A DNA stretch of 64,000 bases from a virus. Lineage: Duplodnaviria; Caudoviricetes. The DNA lies in IMG/VR virus record IMGVR_UViG_3300025848_000001, positions 32,001 to 96,000 of that record. One strand, 5' to 3'. The notes beneath the pieces are model-generated. The model saw nothing but the letters and a program-made list of their open reading frames with translations, ran no database searches and had not been told where the DNA came from. Each line of letters opens with the position of its first letter. The first letter of the stretch is position 1. A program made the translations under genes and the position numbers. Positions 1-12,665 of this stretch are shown one piece after another.

Positions 1-200
1 TACACTCCAAAATCTGTTTCTTCTTGTTCTGCAATAGTATTATATATGATTGAGTTGGGATTAATTGATGGCAATATTAATGGATCTTGAGTAATGTCAT
101 AAACTTTAACTATAACATCGGAATCAGTAATAACTGGCTCTCCCCTATAATATAGTTTTGCCTTTATTGCTGTACTACGTCCTTTATATATCTCTGCCAT
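1..200 (-). CDS. Partial virion protein (head-tail joining region), runs off the window edge
   Basis: ATG at 200 (MAEIYKGRSTAIKAKLYYRGEP...), open to position 1; lies downstream of the capsid genes. Confidence 0.55.
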   Translation of the reverse strand, partial: MAEIYKGRSTAIKAKLYYRGEPVITDSDVIVKVYDITQDPLILPSINPNSIIYNTIAEQEETDFGV

Positions 201-209
201 TTATAAGGT

Positions 210-605
210 TTAGTTATAGTACTCTTGTACCTCTCTTGGCGAAGCCAATCTAAACCCTTCCTCCTTGTCAAAAATTTGCTGTGCCTTTTCGCTTGGCATT
301 GCAACAAACGGATGATCCTTGGTAAATGTATAACCTAGAACATCATATCTGTAATTATTTCTAGTCATTCTTACAAGTACTGCATCCTTGTCAACTTCTT
401 GAGCAGGATCAAATTTTGGAAGAACTTCTACCTCTTCTTTATTATCTTCAATATTTTTAATTGTATTTTGATATACGGACCATGTAACGCCTTCTTCTGC
501 TAGTGCTGCGATAACGTCTGCTTTGTTTTTTAGTCCTTCGGTGTCTACGGCAAAGTCTTCAGCAATTTGCTTTAATTCTTTTACCTTCAATGTGTCAAAT
601 GACAT
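210..605 (-). CDS. Capsid-associated protein with N-terminal Rho-N/HeH-like motif
   Basis: LKVKELKQIA...LKNKADVIAAL motif; directly after the major capsid gene. Confidence 0.55.
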   Translation of the reverse strand: MSFDTLKVKELKQIAEDFAVDTEGLKNKADVIAALAEEGVTWSVYQNTIKNIEDNKEEVEVLPKFDPAQEVDKDAVLVRMTRNNYRYDVLGYTFTKDHPFVAMPSEKAQQIFDKEEGFRLASPREVQEYYN

Positions 606-657
606 ATTATCTCCTTAATATTAGGTCTATTAATTATAGCATTAGTAGATTAAAAGT

Positions 658-690
658 AAAAGCCCCCAAAAATTAATTTGGGGGCTTTTT
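658..690 (-). terminator. Intrinsic terminator after the major capsid gene
   Basis: AAAAGCCCCCAAA-aattaa-TTTGGGGGCTTTT inverted repeat. Confidence 0.85.
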
Positions 691-711
691 TGCAGTTTAA
701 TTCCTATTTAA

Positions 712-1746
712 TTAGGAAGCAACCTTAACGTTCTTAACAACGACCCAAGCATCTGCTTGTTCAATTTGAGCTCCAACACGAGTATACATTGTATATTCGA
801 TAGAGTCCTTCTTTGGCCAGAAGAAACGATAGACAGTGACATCACGCTTGATACCAATAACAACGTTATTTGGGAATGTCAAGTGGATATCGCCCTGATC
901 TGAATCAGCGCCCTGAGTTTCCTTAAGCAAAGGAACTTCAACAATCGGAATACCGAATGCGAATGGAGCTGTGAATCCTGCTGGGCCACCAAGACCTGCT
1001 GTATCGCCACGGATAATGCTTGCTGCAATATCTTGTGGGTTTACGTTCTGGATATTTTGTGATGTTGAATACAAATAATCCTGAATTAGGTTTGATCCAG
1101 AAAGGAAGCGAAGGTCTGGACGACGTTGCTTGTACTTTCTTGGAAGTGCCTTGAGGGCATTATTGAAGACTTCACGGGAGATGTTAGCGCCATCGGCGTC
1201 AACAACGTGACCGTTTGCCTTTGCAATCTTTACAATGCCATCAAAAGCTTTGTATAGATTGTCAGATGAGAGAGATGTATCACCATTAAGAACTACATCT
1301 TCAAGATCATTACCAGCCTGTGTTGCCATCAGACGTGCAATGTGGTCTTCTAGATCGGCACCTTCGATATTGTCTTCGAGAGACTCTGTTGAAAGTTCCC
1401 AATCAAGACGTAGCTTCTTGGTTGTAAGAGAGATCTTTGAGAATTGTACGGCAGCGTTTGTGCCAGTATTCTCAGCTTCAGAAGCAAGCTTCATAAGCTT
1501 CTCACCTACGCCAATACGATCAATCTCAGTCGTATCAGCTCGCATGCGAACTGTACGTGCTAATTTACCGACTACTGTTGCATCGAACATGTAATCGAGG
1601 AATCGTGCAGACTGCTCTGGATTTAGTAGACCGCCTTTACCTTCGGATCCAACGTGGATACCGTCGGTGGGATCTGCTGCTCCAACCATGCTACCTGTCA
1701 TGGTAGTATCGGCTGCTGCTGCTTTAGCTAATAGTTCATTACTCAT
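712..1746 (-). CDS. Major capsid protein (HK97 fold)
   Basis: 344 aa; GGLLNPEQSARF, ESLEDNIEG, NDLEDVVLNGD, FGIPIVEVP motifs; follows protease and portal; followed by a terminator. Confidence 0.92.
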   Translation of the reverse strand: MSNELLAKAAAADTTMTGSMVGAADPTDGIHVGSEGKGGLLNPEQSARFLDYMFDATVVGKLARTVRMRADTTEIDRIGVGEKLMKLASEAENTGTNAAVQFSKISLTTKKLRLDWELSTESLEDNIEGADLEDHIARLMATQAGNDLEDVVLNGDTSLSSDNLYKAFDGIVKIAKANGHVVDADGANISREVFNNALKALPRKYKQRRPDLRFLSGSNLIQDYLYSTSQNIQNVNPQDIAASIIRGDTAGLGGPAGFTAPFAFGIPIVEVPLLKETQGADSDQGDIHLTFPNNVVIGIKRDVTVYRFFWPKKDSIEYTMYTRVGAQIEQADAWVVVKNVKVAS

Positions 1747-1764
1747 TAGTTATTTTCACCTACC

Positions 1765-3105
1765 TTATTTTATCAATTCACTAACGGAACCGAGGAAAGT
1801 GCCGTTCCATTTTGATTTTTTTATTGTTACTTCCCGTGACCCGCCAAGGTCAGAGGACTTCTTAATTGCAGTCTCAGATTCGACTGCGTCCACTCTCTTT
1901 TCTACACCTTCAATAGTATTCTTAATTGATTCTACTGCGGTAGAGAGTGCTGTATGTTTTTCTGCTAATTCTGAAATTCGAGCATCTACGCCCTTGCTAA
2001 ACGTTTCAACAGTTTCTTTAATTGCTGAAACCTGAGCGGCATTTGCCTCAGAGGCCTTTTCCAAAGTCTCCGAGAAGAAGCCTTTAAGGTCGCCTAGCAT
2101 TTTTGCAAAATCAGGTTCTACAACCTCTGTTGCTTCGGCTGCTGTTTCCAGAACTTCGGCAGAAGTGTTTTCTTCTGTAGAGACTACTTCTTCAGACTTT
2201 TCTACTTCAGCTACTGGTGCTTCAACTTCGACTTCAGCTTGAGCTGGAGCTTCTTGTCCTGGCACACGTAACTTTTCAACAGTCTCTTCGGTAGCTGTTG
2301 TGGTTTCTAAATTTTCCACTTCATTACCTCCTTCTGCGTTTGCCTGTTTTGCAATTTTTACATCAGGCAACGTGTTTAATCTTGACTTATATAAATCAAG
2401 AATCTTATCTATTTCTTTTGCTTTGTTTGTATCGTTTGATTCCACCCAACCAATAAGTTCTGTTTTCTTACCAGTTACTGGTGAAATATACTCAGCTTCT
2501 GTTGACATAAATACAGAATCGCTATCTGCACAATAAAAAATATTTTCCATTTTGACATCTGCAGCAATGCCTTTGAAAATCATTTGACCATTGACTTTTT
2601 CAATTGACAATATGTTGCATAATTCATTTGCTGGAGAATCTACTATTGACAATTCAACAAGTGAGTAATCCTTAATAAAGCGAACAGATTCTCCTGTTGC
2701 TTTGTTCATTTCTGTTTCTGAATCTATAATTTTTCCGCCGATTGAAAATCCTTGTAGTGTTCCATCTAATACTTTTTCCCAGGTATCTTGAGCACCCTTT
2801 GAAATATATGCATCTACATAAACACCATTGTAAAATTCTTTTGATTTTGGATCATAGTATGTTTCTGGTCTAAATGAAACAACTTTACCAACTGCGGTTG
2901 GCTGATGCATTTCTCTTAGATTGCCACGGAAATTTTCAAAAGCTTTCATGCTTGCTTCCATCGTGACAACATCACCAGTCTGGTCAAGGTTGTCTAATGT
3001 TGCGAACCCTGAGACTGTTCTTTTTTCTCTATTGACCTTCGTGAAAGGAACTGCTAAATTAATAACATTTCCCTCAGAAGACCAATGTGATTTTTCAATG
3101 GTCAT
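1765..3105 (-). CDS. Prohead protease fused to an acidic scaffold-like C-terminus
   Basis: RTVSGFAT..DQTGD, REMH, GFSIGG, ELSIVDSPAN protease motifs; Glu/Ala-rich coiled-coil tail. Confidence 0.88.
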   Translation of the reverse strand: MTIEKSHWSSEGNVINLAVPFTKVNREKRTVSGFATLDNLDQTGDVVTMEASMKAFENFRGNLREMHQPTAVGKVVSFRPETYYDPKSKEFYNGVYVDAYISKGAQDTWEKVLDGTLQGFSIGGKIIDSETEMNKATGESVRFIKDYSLVELSIVDSPANELCNILSIEKVNGQMIFKGIAADVKMENIFYCADSDSVFMSTEAEYISPVTGKKTELIGWVESNDTNKAKEIDKILDLYKSRLNTLPDVKIAKQANAEGGNEVENLETTTATEETVEKLRVPGQEAPAQAEVEVEAPVAEVEKSEEVVSTEENTSAEVLETAAEATEVVEPDFAKMLGDLKGFFSETLEKASEANAAQVSAIKETVETFSKGVDARISELAEKHTALSTAVESIKNTIEGVEKRVDAVESETAIKKSSDLGGSREVTIKKSKWNGTFLGSVSELIK

Positions 3106-3160
3106 ATGTGTATATTATAGGCTTTTATATATCTAAAGGCAAATAAGTAGTTGAGTAGGA

Positions 3161-4741
3161 CTACTCAACCTGTCTACCGTCGCCTTTTGCATTTCTGCCT
3201 TCCCCTGAATTATCTGGAGAATTTGCAGATCTATTTTGGTCTCTTTCACGACTTTGCATTGCTTGAGCTTTAATTTCAGCGGCCTGCGCCTGTAAATCAA
3301 CTGGCTTATCTCCGCCTTCTCTTGGCACTAACCCCATTCTCAATCTAATTTCATTAGGAGTCATTACCTGGAATCTTAAATATCTCTCATCAATTTTTGA
3401 CTGGGTATCAGAATCTGTCAAGCTTAATTCATTAAATTTAAGCTGGAGTGCATCTGTCATTTCCATAATAATTCTATTTAATTTCTTTTCTAGAATATCT
3501 TGTGCTGGGGCACATACCTGCTCTTTAAATGTTTTATCTGCATCCCTGGCATTTGCTAAAGATATTCCTGTGGCTGTTCCAATTTTATTTATTGGAACAC
3601 GATGAGCCATTAATATTTCATCTCTATTTGATTGTCTATAAATATTAAATGAAGACTCTTGAGCACCTGCCTCAATTGGTTCCATTTTAAATTCAGTTTT
3701 TGAATCTGGAGAATCTGGAGGCAATGGTATATATAAAGATCTGTGGTTTTTTCCACGAAGTCCAACCTGGAAAAATTCTAATAATTTACGTTCAGACTCT
3801 GGTGATAATTTAGCACCTTTAACGGTGATAATATATCTTGGGACTGCCTTATTTTCAAAATAATCTAAGTTATATTTTCCAGCAAATTCATTTCCAGCCA
3901 TTGCGCTTTGGGCTGCAATAATATCTGGAATTCCATAATAATTATTTTTTGGAGTATATTTCTTTAAATGAATAATTTCATTTGGTCTATCAGTAGCTCC
4001 AGCTATTGGATTTGCAGTTTCTTGATCTCCAAAATTACGGAAAAAAACTGCTTTGCCGTAAAGTAATTGTACAAAGCCATCTCTTAAACGTCTAACACGC
4101 ATGGTCTTTGAAGGAATATGTCCTATATATCCTATTTTCCCAGCAGTAGTTCTACCTATTTCTAAATAGCCATTTCCTGTTGCTTCTACGTCTGTGTAGA
4201 ACTTAATTAAAGTTTCTTTAAATGTTTCTTCTTCATTGCAATCTTCTAACCACTCATGCAAATCTTGTTTAATTCTAGAAAGTTTTCTACGGGCACGTTC
4301 TAATTGTTTTTCGTCTTCAATACCGTCCAACAAATCATTTGTCTTTTTTGTTTCTACAAAATCAAATCCTAAACCAACAATGTTGGCAACCTTAGCATTA
4401 ATTGCTGCATAATTATATGGAGATATCTCGTATATTGTAGATAAATAATCTAAATTATATTCAGGCATAACAAGATCAAATAATGCATATCCACTAACTG
4501 CCTGCTGTATTAATAACTGTTGAGTTGCTGTTCCTTCTGTTCCAACAAATTTTTTCTGTATATCTCTACTTACTCTTCTTCTAACTGCAGGGCTTAAACC
4601 ATTTAGCTTTAATATATCTTCGCCTTCAATAGAAAACGGATCTTGATTATTATTAATAGATGGGGTATTAAATTTCATCCAATCTGCTACATTAGATATT
4701 TCAATGTCTTGACTTGGTGTATCTTCTTCGTATTCAATCAT
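3161..4741 (-). CDS. Portal protein (PBSX/HK97 family)
   Basis: TGNGYLEI, YYGIPD, YFENKAVPRYII, ILMAHRVP, TPNEIR motifs. Confidence 0.92.
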   Translation of the reverse strand: MIEYEEDTPSQDIEISNVADWMKFNTPSINNNQDPFSIEGEDILKLNGLSPAVRRRVSRDIQKKFVGTEGTATQQLLIQQAVSGYALFDLVMPEYNLDYLSTIYEISPYNYAAINAKVANIVGLGFDFVETKKTNDLLDGIEDEKQLERARRKLSRIKQDLHEWLEDCNEEETFKETLIKFYTDVEATGNGYLEIGRTTAGKIGYIGHIPSKTMRVRRLRDGFVQLLYGKAVFFRNFGDQETANPIAGATDRPNEIIHLKKYTPKNNYYGIPDIIAAQSAMAGNEFAGKYNLDYFENKAVPRYIITVKGAKLSPESERKLLEFFQVGLRGKNHRSLYIPLPPDSPDSKTEFKMEPIEAGAQESSFNIYRQSNRDEILMAHRVPINKIGTATGISLANARDADKTFKEQVCAPAQDILEKKLNRIIMEMTDALQLKFNELSLTDSDTQSKIDERYLRFQVMTPNEIRLRMGLVPREGGDKPVDLQAQAAEIKAQAMQSRERDQNRSANSPDNSGEGRNAKGDGRQVE

Positions 4742-5076
4742 TTTTTACCCAACTTTTTCATTTCATCTTTATAAACGCCAATATCTAATTCGTCAGGAAC
4801 TAGTCCAAGTGCTAGTCTTGTCTTTTGACGCTGAAATTCTTCGTCATCTATTTGCCTACTACCTTCTAAAAACTTAGGCTTTCCCTCGTCAATTCCATAA
4901 CTTCTTACCGCCTGTGCAAGCAAATTTATTCTAGATCTATCTCCGTACATTGACTGTATTGATAAGAAATTTTTATCATCATCACCTATCCATCGGCCAT
5001 CTGGCATTTCCCATACATATACGCCAAGTCTGGTTTCTCCAGTCTTTATTTTTGATCCAAGCTTTTTAATTTCCAT
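4738..5076 (-). CDS. Hypothetical protein upstream of portal
   Basis: 112 aa ORF overlapping the portal start (ATGA). Confidence 0.7.
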   Translation of the reverse strand: MEIKKLGSKIKTGETRLGVYVWEMPDGRWIGDDDKNFLSIQSMYGDRSRINLLAQAVRSYGIDEGKPKFLEGSRQIDDEEFQRQKTRLALGLVPDELDIGVYKDEMKKLGKK

Positions 5077-5139
5077 AGGTTACTATTTTACCACTTTCAA
5101 AGTCTCAAGTCTAGGGTTTTGTCAAGTATTATGACAAAA

Positions 5140-7074
5140 TTATTGGTTAATTGTACGCTCCCATTCCAAATCATATGCCTCAACTGAGGATTCTGTCAGG
5201 GTCATGGACGAATTAGATAGGTCGAATAGGATATATACGTCACCATATCTGTATAAATTATAATTAGTTAATGCATCTAACGCAGTAAATTGATACTCAT
5301 ATAATGCAATATTCTGATATAGTCCCGAAGTGCCGCCGCCGATAGAAGAACCATTTATAATAATATCTCCCGTAATTGGCTCCATAAATGTCAAAACGAC
5401 ATAATTTAGATCTCCTTCGGTCAATATATCCTTAATATTGTTTTCGCCTGTCTTAGTGTAATTATTTACATATATTTCTTCTATATTTGCTCTGGCTATA
5501 TCTCCATTCGAATTCCAAGATAATAATGTAGTTCCAGCGAATATTATTGATCCAGCCTCAGAAAGGCTGTATGGGGTGTAGAAGAATTCTATTGTGTTTA
5601 TGTTGTCTGCGGTAGTTATTTTAAAGCTAGAGCCTGTATTGGCTTTTAAACCGTTTCTAGAGTCTCTCTGTAGGATCTCTGAGCTAACCCGTCCCAAAAC
5701 AAAAGACCCTTCTTCTGGAGTGATATAAGAAGGCCCATTTACGGCTAATTTTTTCATATTATTATAAAACTTTACAATTAAATAATTTAATCTGGGATTA
5801 TATCTACTTGAATCTAAAGTAGCAATTGTGACCCTAATAAATAATCTTCTTTCTTCGCTGAAGTTGTTAGATTGATATTGTGGAATTTCATCTCCATTAT
5901 TACATTGAACATATGATATACCATCATCACTTGTTTCTACAATTATGCCATTGTCTCCGTCCCACTCTATTTTAGACGAGTCCATAGTATTGCCTGGCAA
6001 AACAATTTCATCTTCTATTACAACTGTTTTTTCTTGAAGCGTTTCTGTTTTTAAAATTGATATATATTGTTTATCTTGATCAAAATATAAATCTTCAGTA
6101 ATAAATAATTCCCAAGCTTTATTAGATGGCCATGCGTACTGATAAGCTAATCTTGAATTATCGTCGTACAAATTAAACCATTCACCACCATTTGATTCAA
6201 TTAATTGAGACGGCCTAATTGCTTTAGCATCGTTATAATGATTATTAATTTGATTTTGAGATAAAGCATATCTATAAACACCAACACTATTTATAATAAA
6301 ATATTGTCCTATACCACAAGGACCTGTTTTAAAATTTACAGAATTTCTAGTAAATGGATTACTAGTTATTAATTTTGTAACCTCAAGAACATTATTGATA
6401 TAAAGAGATAAAGAAGAGTTTGTATAAATTGCAACGACATGGAACGCCTTATCTGTATATGGTATTGTATACTCTATTTTTTCTGTATCGACCTGAAATA
6501 CTATATTGTTTTTATAATAAAATAATCCTACTTCACTTCCCGTCGTTTTATCTGCAAATAAAGGTGTAAAAAATGATCCTGTTATTTTAGGCTTAAACCA
6601 AAGTTCTATTGTAAAATCATTATCTGCTGAATCTGACGTAGCAAATTTGCTAGACGTTGTTTGTCCAGAGTAATCTTTATCAATTATATATTCTATATAA
6701 TTTGAATCTCCTATTTTAGCCGCTGTTGAATTTCCTTTTACTATAGGGACAATTCCTCCTATTGGCCTTCCAACATATTTACTATTATTTTGACATTCAG
6801 AATTATCATACGCAATATCTCCTCCGAGATTTGCATAAGAAGCATATGCTGCTGCTACATCTGCATATGTTCCATAAGTTAAAAGTAATTCAGCATATGT
6901 TAAAGGTTTAGTTCCAGTTATTTGTTGATAACTATCATAATTATCTAAAATTTCTTGATAGTCTTCATTTTGTGCAAGCAGGTCTACATAACCAGCATCA
7001 CTAGATGTAGTAAAATCATCAAGAGGATAGTATGCTAGCGGGTAATCACTTAATACCGTAGATCTATAAGACAT
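5140..7074 (-). CDS. LamG/ConA-like domain structural protein
   Basis: VLSDYPLAYYPLD, FTIELWF, FHVVAIY, VYRYALSQNQINNHY. Confidence 0.75.
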   Translation of the reverse strand: MSYRSTVLSDYPLAYYPLDDFTTSSDAGYVDLLAQNEDYQEILDNYDSYQQITGTKPLTYAELLLTYGTYADVAAAYASYANLGGDIAYDNSECQNNSKYVGRPIGGIVPIVKGNSTAAKIGDSNYIEYIIDKDYSGQTTSSKFATSDSADNDFTIELWFKPKITGSFFTPLFADKTTGSEVGLFYYKNNIVFQVDTEKIEYTIPYTDKAFHVVAIYTNSSLSLYINNVLEVTKLITSNPFTRNSVNFKTGPCGIGQYFIINSVGVYRYALSQNQINNHYNDAKAIRPSQLIESNGGEWFNLYDDNSRLAYQYAWPSNKAWELFITEDLYFDQDKQYISILKTETLQEKTVVIEDEIVLPGNTMDSSKIEWDGDNGIIVETSDDGISYVQCNNGDEIPQYQSNNFSEERRLFIRVTIATLDSSRYNPRLNYLIVKFYNNMKKLAVNGPSYITPEEGSFVLGRVSSEILQRDSRNGLKANTGSSFKITTADNINTIEFFYTPYSLSEAGSIIFAGTTLLSWNSNGDIARANIEEIYVNNYTKTGENNIKDILTEGDLNYVVLTFMEPITGDIIINGSSIGGGTSGLYQNIALYEYQFTALDALTNYNLYRYGDVYILFDLSNSSMTLTESSVEAYDLEWERTINQ

Positions 7075-7273
7075 TTCCTAATGCCAGTATTTGATTTTCT
7101 TTTTCTGCAATTTCATTTTCCATAATTGAAATTTTTTCCAAGTCTGGATTTGATTTTGCTTTTTCTAATAAGATATCAATCTCTAAAGCATACATGCCGT
7201 ATTCCAAATTACGTTTAGCATTTATCTTTATTTGATTTTTTTCATTATCGTTTAGCTCTTCATATGATGGCAT
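7064..7273 (-). CDS. Small coiled-coil protein (possible fibre chaperone)
   Basis: 69 aa; resembles the neighbouring ORF (L..N.K..I....LE...Y.L.I). Confidence 0.6.
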   Translation of the reverse strand: MPSYEELNDNEKNQIKINAKRNLEYGMYALEIDILLEKAKSNPDLEKISIMENEIAEKENQILALGNVL

Positions 7274-7299
7274 TTTTTCTCCTATATAAATTATATAAA

Positions 7300-7521
7300 C
7301 TATTGTTCAAGTTCATTAAGCATACCATAAAGTTCATCTATAAAAATTATAGATTTTTGAATTTCTTGTTCTAATGCTGCCAACCCTTTTTCATCATTAT
7401 TTTTTTCAGCTTCTATTTTATTTATAGATAAAGAATAAAGGTTTCCTTCTAAATAATATATTTTTGATTTCAATATTACAATTTTATCATTTTGTGATAG
7501 AAAATTATATTGGTATGTCAT
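7300..7521 (-). CDS. Small coiled-coil protein, probable paralog of 7064-7273
   Basis: Likely start MTYQYNF at 7521 with a GGAGGAG RBS upstream. Confidence 0.6.
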   Translation of the reverse strand: MTYQYNFLSQNDKIVILKSKIYYLEGNLYSLSINKIEAEKNNDEKGLAALEQEIQKSIIFIDELYGMLNELEQ

Positions 7522-7522
7522 T

Positions 7523-9196
7523 TTATACTGCTCCTCCTCCACCGCCACCGCAGCTGTCTCCACCAAAATCTCCTACGCTATAAGCACTAACCCCTGAAGA
7601 ATTTCTAGCTCTAACAAACCAATACCAACTTCCAGAAACTCCAACAGTAGCACTTGGAATTGTTATTCCAGTAAAATCTGCACCATCTCCTGTATACTGT
7701 GTTGAAGAAGATTGATACCATAATTCATAAGATGTTGCGCCAGATACTGCATTCCAAGATAAATTTGTTCCGCTTCCATTATTACAAGCAGTTAATCCTG
7801 TTGGAGTTGCTGGAGCAGTACTTCCACCACCACCACCACCTGGAGCTGTCCATGAAATACTAGAAGTAGCAGTGTGTCCTGTAGATGATGTAACGGTCAA
7901 TGAAATACTATATGTAGTTCCAGCTGTGTGAGTTCCTATATATTTTTGTCTATCTGCATCTGCTGTGCCAGTGAATGATGAACCTCCTCCAGCGCCTCCA
8001 GTTGATGGGTTAACTGATATAGAATATGTATCTTGATAATCTACTGTCCAGTTTACATATGTTAATGTGCTACTGTTAGTTACAGATAAACTGCTAATTG
8101 TAGGAACAATTGGAGTGACTGTCCATTGTGCATAAAGTGTTGTAGTTGATCCTGGTGTATATGATGACCCAACATCAACTATTTTTGTTCCACCTGAAGT
8201 ACTATTCCACCAACCAGTACATGTATAACCAGATCTTGTTGGTGTTGGAGCTGTGACAGAACTTCCAGCATTTACACTGCTTGATGTTGGACTAACAGAT
8301 CCACCATTTGCATCCCATGTGACCGTATAAGTATTTATTTGCCATTGTGCATATAATGTAACTGAAGCTGTAGGATAATATGTATTTCCTCCTCCATTAA
8401 TATAAGTACCTCCAGAGGATGCGGTATACCATCCAAGAAAACTATAATTTGTTCTAGATGGCGTAGGCAATACAACTCCACCAGAATTAGTTCCAGATGA
8501 AGATGTTGGACTAACAGATCCGCCATTTGCATTAAATGTTACTGTATAAGATATTGCAGACCATTGTGCATATATTGTTGTAGTAGATGGAGGAGTATAA
8601 GAATTATTTGTTGTTCCCAAATAAGTTCCACCAGAGGCTGCTGTATACCAACCATTAAAAGTATAATAATCTCTGCTTGCTGAAGGCAAAGTGACTGCAC
8701 TTCCAGCATTTACTGTTGTAGATGTAGAAGCATTTCCAAGTACAATTCCACCATTTCCATTATATGTAAGTGTATATGTTGAAGCAACTATTGTTATTCC
8801 ATTGCTTGAATTAGCAGAAAGCGTTCCCCTATTATTAACAGCTGTGACGGTACAAGTTATTGAATTTCCTATATCTGCTGTCACTGTAGTATATGTTGAA
8901 GATGTTGCACCAGATATATTAGATCCAGCTCTTTTCCATTGATAGGTGTATGATGTTGGAGCATATGCTAAGTTAGTATTCCAAGATCCGTTCGTTACAG
9001 ATAGTGTTTGTCCTTGTGTTGTAGATCCAGATACTGTTGGAGATCCTGTATTTATTGGATATTCTGGATACCATTGCTTCCATAGAGAGCCATTCCATAT
9101 CCAGCCTTTTGTTGCATTTTTCCATGCGGTACCGTTATAAAGTTTTAATCCATTTATATTTTTCCAATTAGCTCCGTCATGAATTTTTGTAACCAT
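7523..9196 (-). CDS. Adhesin-like virion protein: Ig-like domain, 3 InlB-B/Listeria-Bacteroides repeats, FN3
   Basis: Three YTVTxxANGG...PTR.GY.F.GW...LYAQW repeats; C-terminal APATPTGL..LSWNAVSGATSY..VRARNS. Confidence 0.8.
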   Translation of the reverse strand: MVTKIHDGANWKNINGLKLYNGTAWKNATKGWIWNGSLWKQWYPEYPINTGSPTVSGSTTQGQTLSVTNGSWNTNLAYAPTSYTYQWKRAGSNISGATSSTYTTVTADIGNSITCTVTAVNNRGTLSANSSNGITIVASTYTLTYNGNGGIVLGNASTSTTVNAGSAVTLPSASRDYYTFNGWYTAASGGTYLGTTNNSYTPPSTTTIYAQWSAISYTVTFNANGGSVSPTSSSGTNSGGVVLPTPSRTNYSFLGWYTASSGGTYINGGGNTYYPTASVTLYAQWQINTYTVTWDANGGSVSPTSSSVNAGSSVTAPTPTRSGYTCTGWWNSTSGGTKIVDVGSSYTPGSTTTLYAQWTVTPIVPTISSLSVTNSSTLTYVNWTVDYQDTYSISVNPSTGGAGGGSSFTGTADADRQKYIGTHTAGTTYSISLTVTSSTGHTATSSISWTAPGGGGGGSTAPATPTGLTACNNGSGTNLSWNAVSGATSYELWYQSSSTQYTGDGADFTGITIPSATVGVSGSWYWFVRARNSSGVSAYSVGDFGGDSCGGGGGGAV

Positions 9197-9198
9197 GA

Positions 9199-10887
<1,689 letters not shown>

Positions 10888-10896
10888 AATTTTTAA

Positions 10897-11973
10897 TTAT
10901 ACCATCTGATATGTTCTAATATCTCGTTCATACCAGCCTTTCCCCCATAACTTTAATAAGTCTTGGAAGTATCTTTCATATTGATATTTTACAATATCTA
11001 CTGAATAAAGGGAAATTGCCCTATCCCTAATATATACTGGATCTAAGGATTTTACCGCCTCAACTGCCTCACAAAATTCTTCAAAAGTTCTACATCTAAA
11101 TCCAGTTTTGCCGTGCTCTACCGTTTCGGTAAATGCCCCCCAATCAGTTGTAATAACTGGAGTTCCACAAGCCTGGGATTCAATATTAACATTACCAAAA
11201 GGCTCTATATAAAGTGTTGGGACAAATGTAGCAATTGCATTACCCATAAGCTTAGCTCTTTCTTCTGGTCCAACGGGACCTACATATTCTCCATATCCTT
11301 TAAAATCTCCTGGGCCAGCAACTATCAACCTTTTACCTAATTCTTGACATACTTGTTGAGCTATGTGATAGCCTTTTCTATCTATTAGTCTTCCTATAAA
11401 TAAATAATAATCATCTTTTTTCTCTACAAGTGGAAACATTTCTGGATCTAAATATCCTGGAATAACTCTATCAAAAAATGCACCATTTGATGCTGCTGCA
11501 TCTTTATTCTGTGCATATATTGAATGCATCCAAGAATATGATTCAAATACTTTATATGGGCTAAAAACTCCTGAATATCCTACACCAAATTCTATAGATA
11601 TATGATTTGGAAATGAGTCAGCTATTATCTTATGAGCATGTCCACCAATTAAACAAATAAAATCTTTTTGTTTTATTCTTTTTCCTATTTCATTAATAGC
11701 AGTTCTGTTAAATGATACCCAATGTTGTTTTGTATAATCAAAAGACCCAGATGTAAAGTGCTGACCATTTAATGATTTTAATCTTTGTTCTTCTGTAATA
11801 CATGAAATTAATTCTGTAACTTCTGCCTCATTTTGATCTCCCGCATACAAATAAACTTCATGCCCCAAAGATTTCATCATATTACAAAAACGCCTAACTT
11901 TTTCTGTATAGGCGCAATTAACAAATTGTTTAGTTGTTTGAGTATGTGGTAAAGATACTACATGAAAACGCAT
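10897..11973 (-). CDS. Glycosyltransferase family 4 (GT-B)
   Basis: FIGRLIDRKG, EPFGNVNIESQACGTPVITTD, ETVEHGKTGF. Confidence 0.92.
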   Translation of the reverse strand: MRFHVVSLPHTQTTKQFVNCAYTEKVRRFCNMMKSLGHEVYLYAGDQNEAEVTELISCITEEQRLKSLNGQHFTSGSFDYTKQHWVSFNRTAINEIGKRIKQKDFICLIGGHAHKIIADSFPNHISIEFGVGYSGVFSPYKVFESYSWMHSIYAQNKDAAASNGAFFDRVIPGYLDPEMFPLVEKKDDYYLFIGRLIDRKGYHIAQQVCQELGKRLIVAGPGDFKGYGEYVGPVGPEERAKLMGNAIATFVPTLYIEPFGNVNIESQACGTPVITTDWGAFTETVEHGKTGFRCRTFEEFCEAVEAVKSLDPVYIRDRAISLYSVDIVKYQYERYFQDLLKLWGKGWYERDIRTYQMV

Positions 11974-12665
11974 TATTTAAGCCAGTGAGTTGTATACATG
12001 ATCTTACTGCCTTTAGTGACTGGTAAAGATTCATGTAGATATGGTGCAGTTGAAGGGAAAAGCACCAGGCTTCCAGCTTTTGGTTTTATTTTTACATCTT
12101 GATTTTTAAAATAAATTTCTCCGCCTTCATAATCATCATTAAGATATGTAACCATTGAATACTTTAAATTTGTTCCTGTGCCAGTAGGGTCTTCTGCGTC
12201 ACAATGTGGGCCCATACCCTGACCTTCATTATATTTATATAAATTTATATATTGTAAATTTATATTTGGTTTTTCTGGAACGTAATTAGATTTCATTTTT
12301 TTATGATAGATAATCTGTGTATCATAAAATCTATTTGCTGTCATTTCTGGAGACATCATAAGACTATTTATAACATATAAAATTTGTTTATTTAGGAAAT
12401 CATCGCCAGTATTTATATTTTTTTTAGAAGAATCAATATGTTTCCCAGAACCAATTATAAACGATTTATCATCGCTTGCGGTCCAATCTCCCCATTTACT
12501 TATTGCTTCATGGGACAATGGATTTAAATCAATTTTTTCTATTAAATCTACTAAAATTTCTGGATAGCTAACTGTATTTTCAAAATAATATATATTCTGA
12601 TGGTTGAAAACCATATCGAACATTACATACATCTGTCTTGGAGGTATGTTTTTAATTTCAAGCAT
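11973..12665 (-). CDS. 2OG-Fe(II) oxygenase (P4H-like)
   Basis: HCD...YLNDDYEGGE...H..LPV..GSK. Confidence 0.88.
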   Translation of the reverse strand: MLEIKNIPPRQMYVMFDMVFNHQNIYYFENTVSYPEILVDLIEKIDLNPLSHEAISKWGDWTASDDKSFIIGSGKHIDSSKKNINTGDDFLNKQILYVINSLMMSPEMTANRFYDTQIIYHKKMKSNYVPEKPNINLQYINLYKYNEGQGMGPHCDAEDPTGTGTNLKYSMVTYLNDDYEGGEIYFKNQDVKIKPKAGSLVLFPSTAPYLHESLPVTKGSKIMYTTHWLK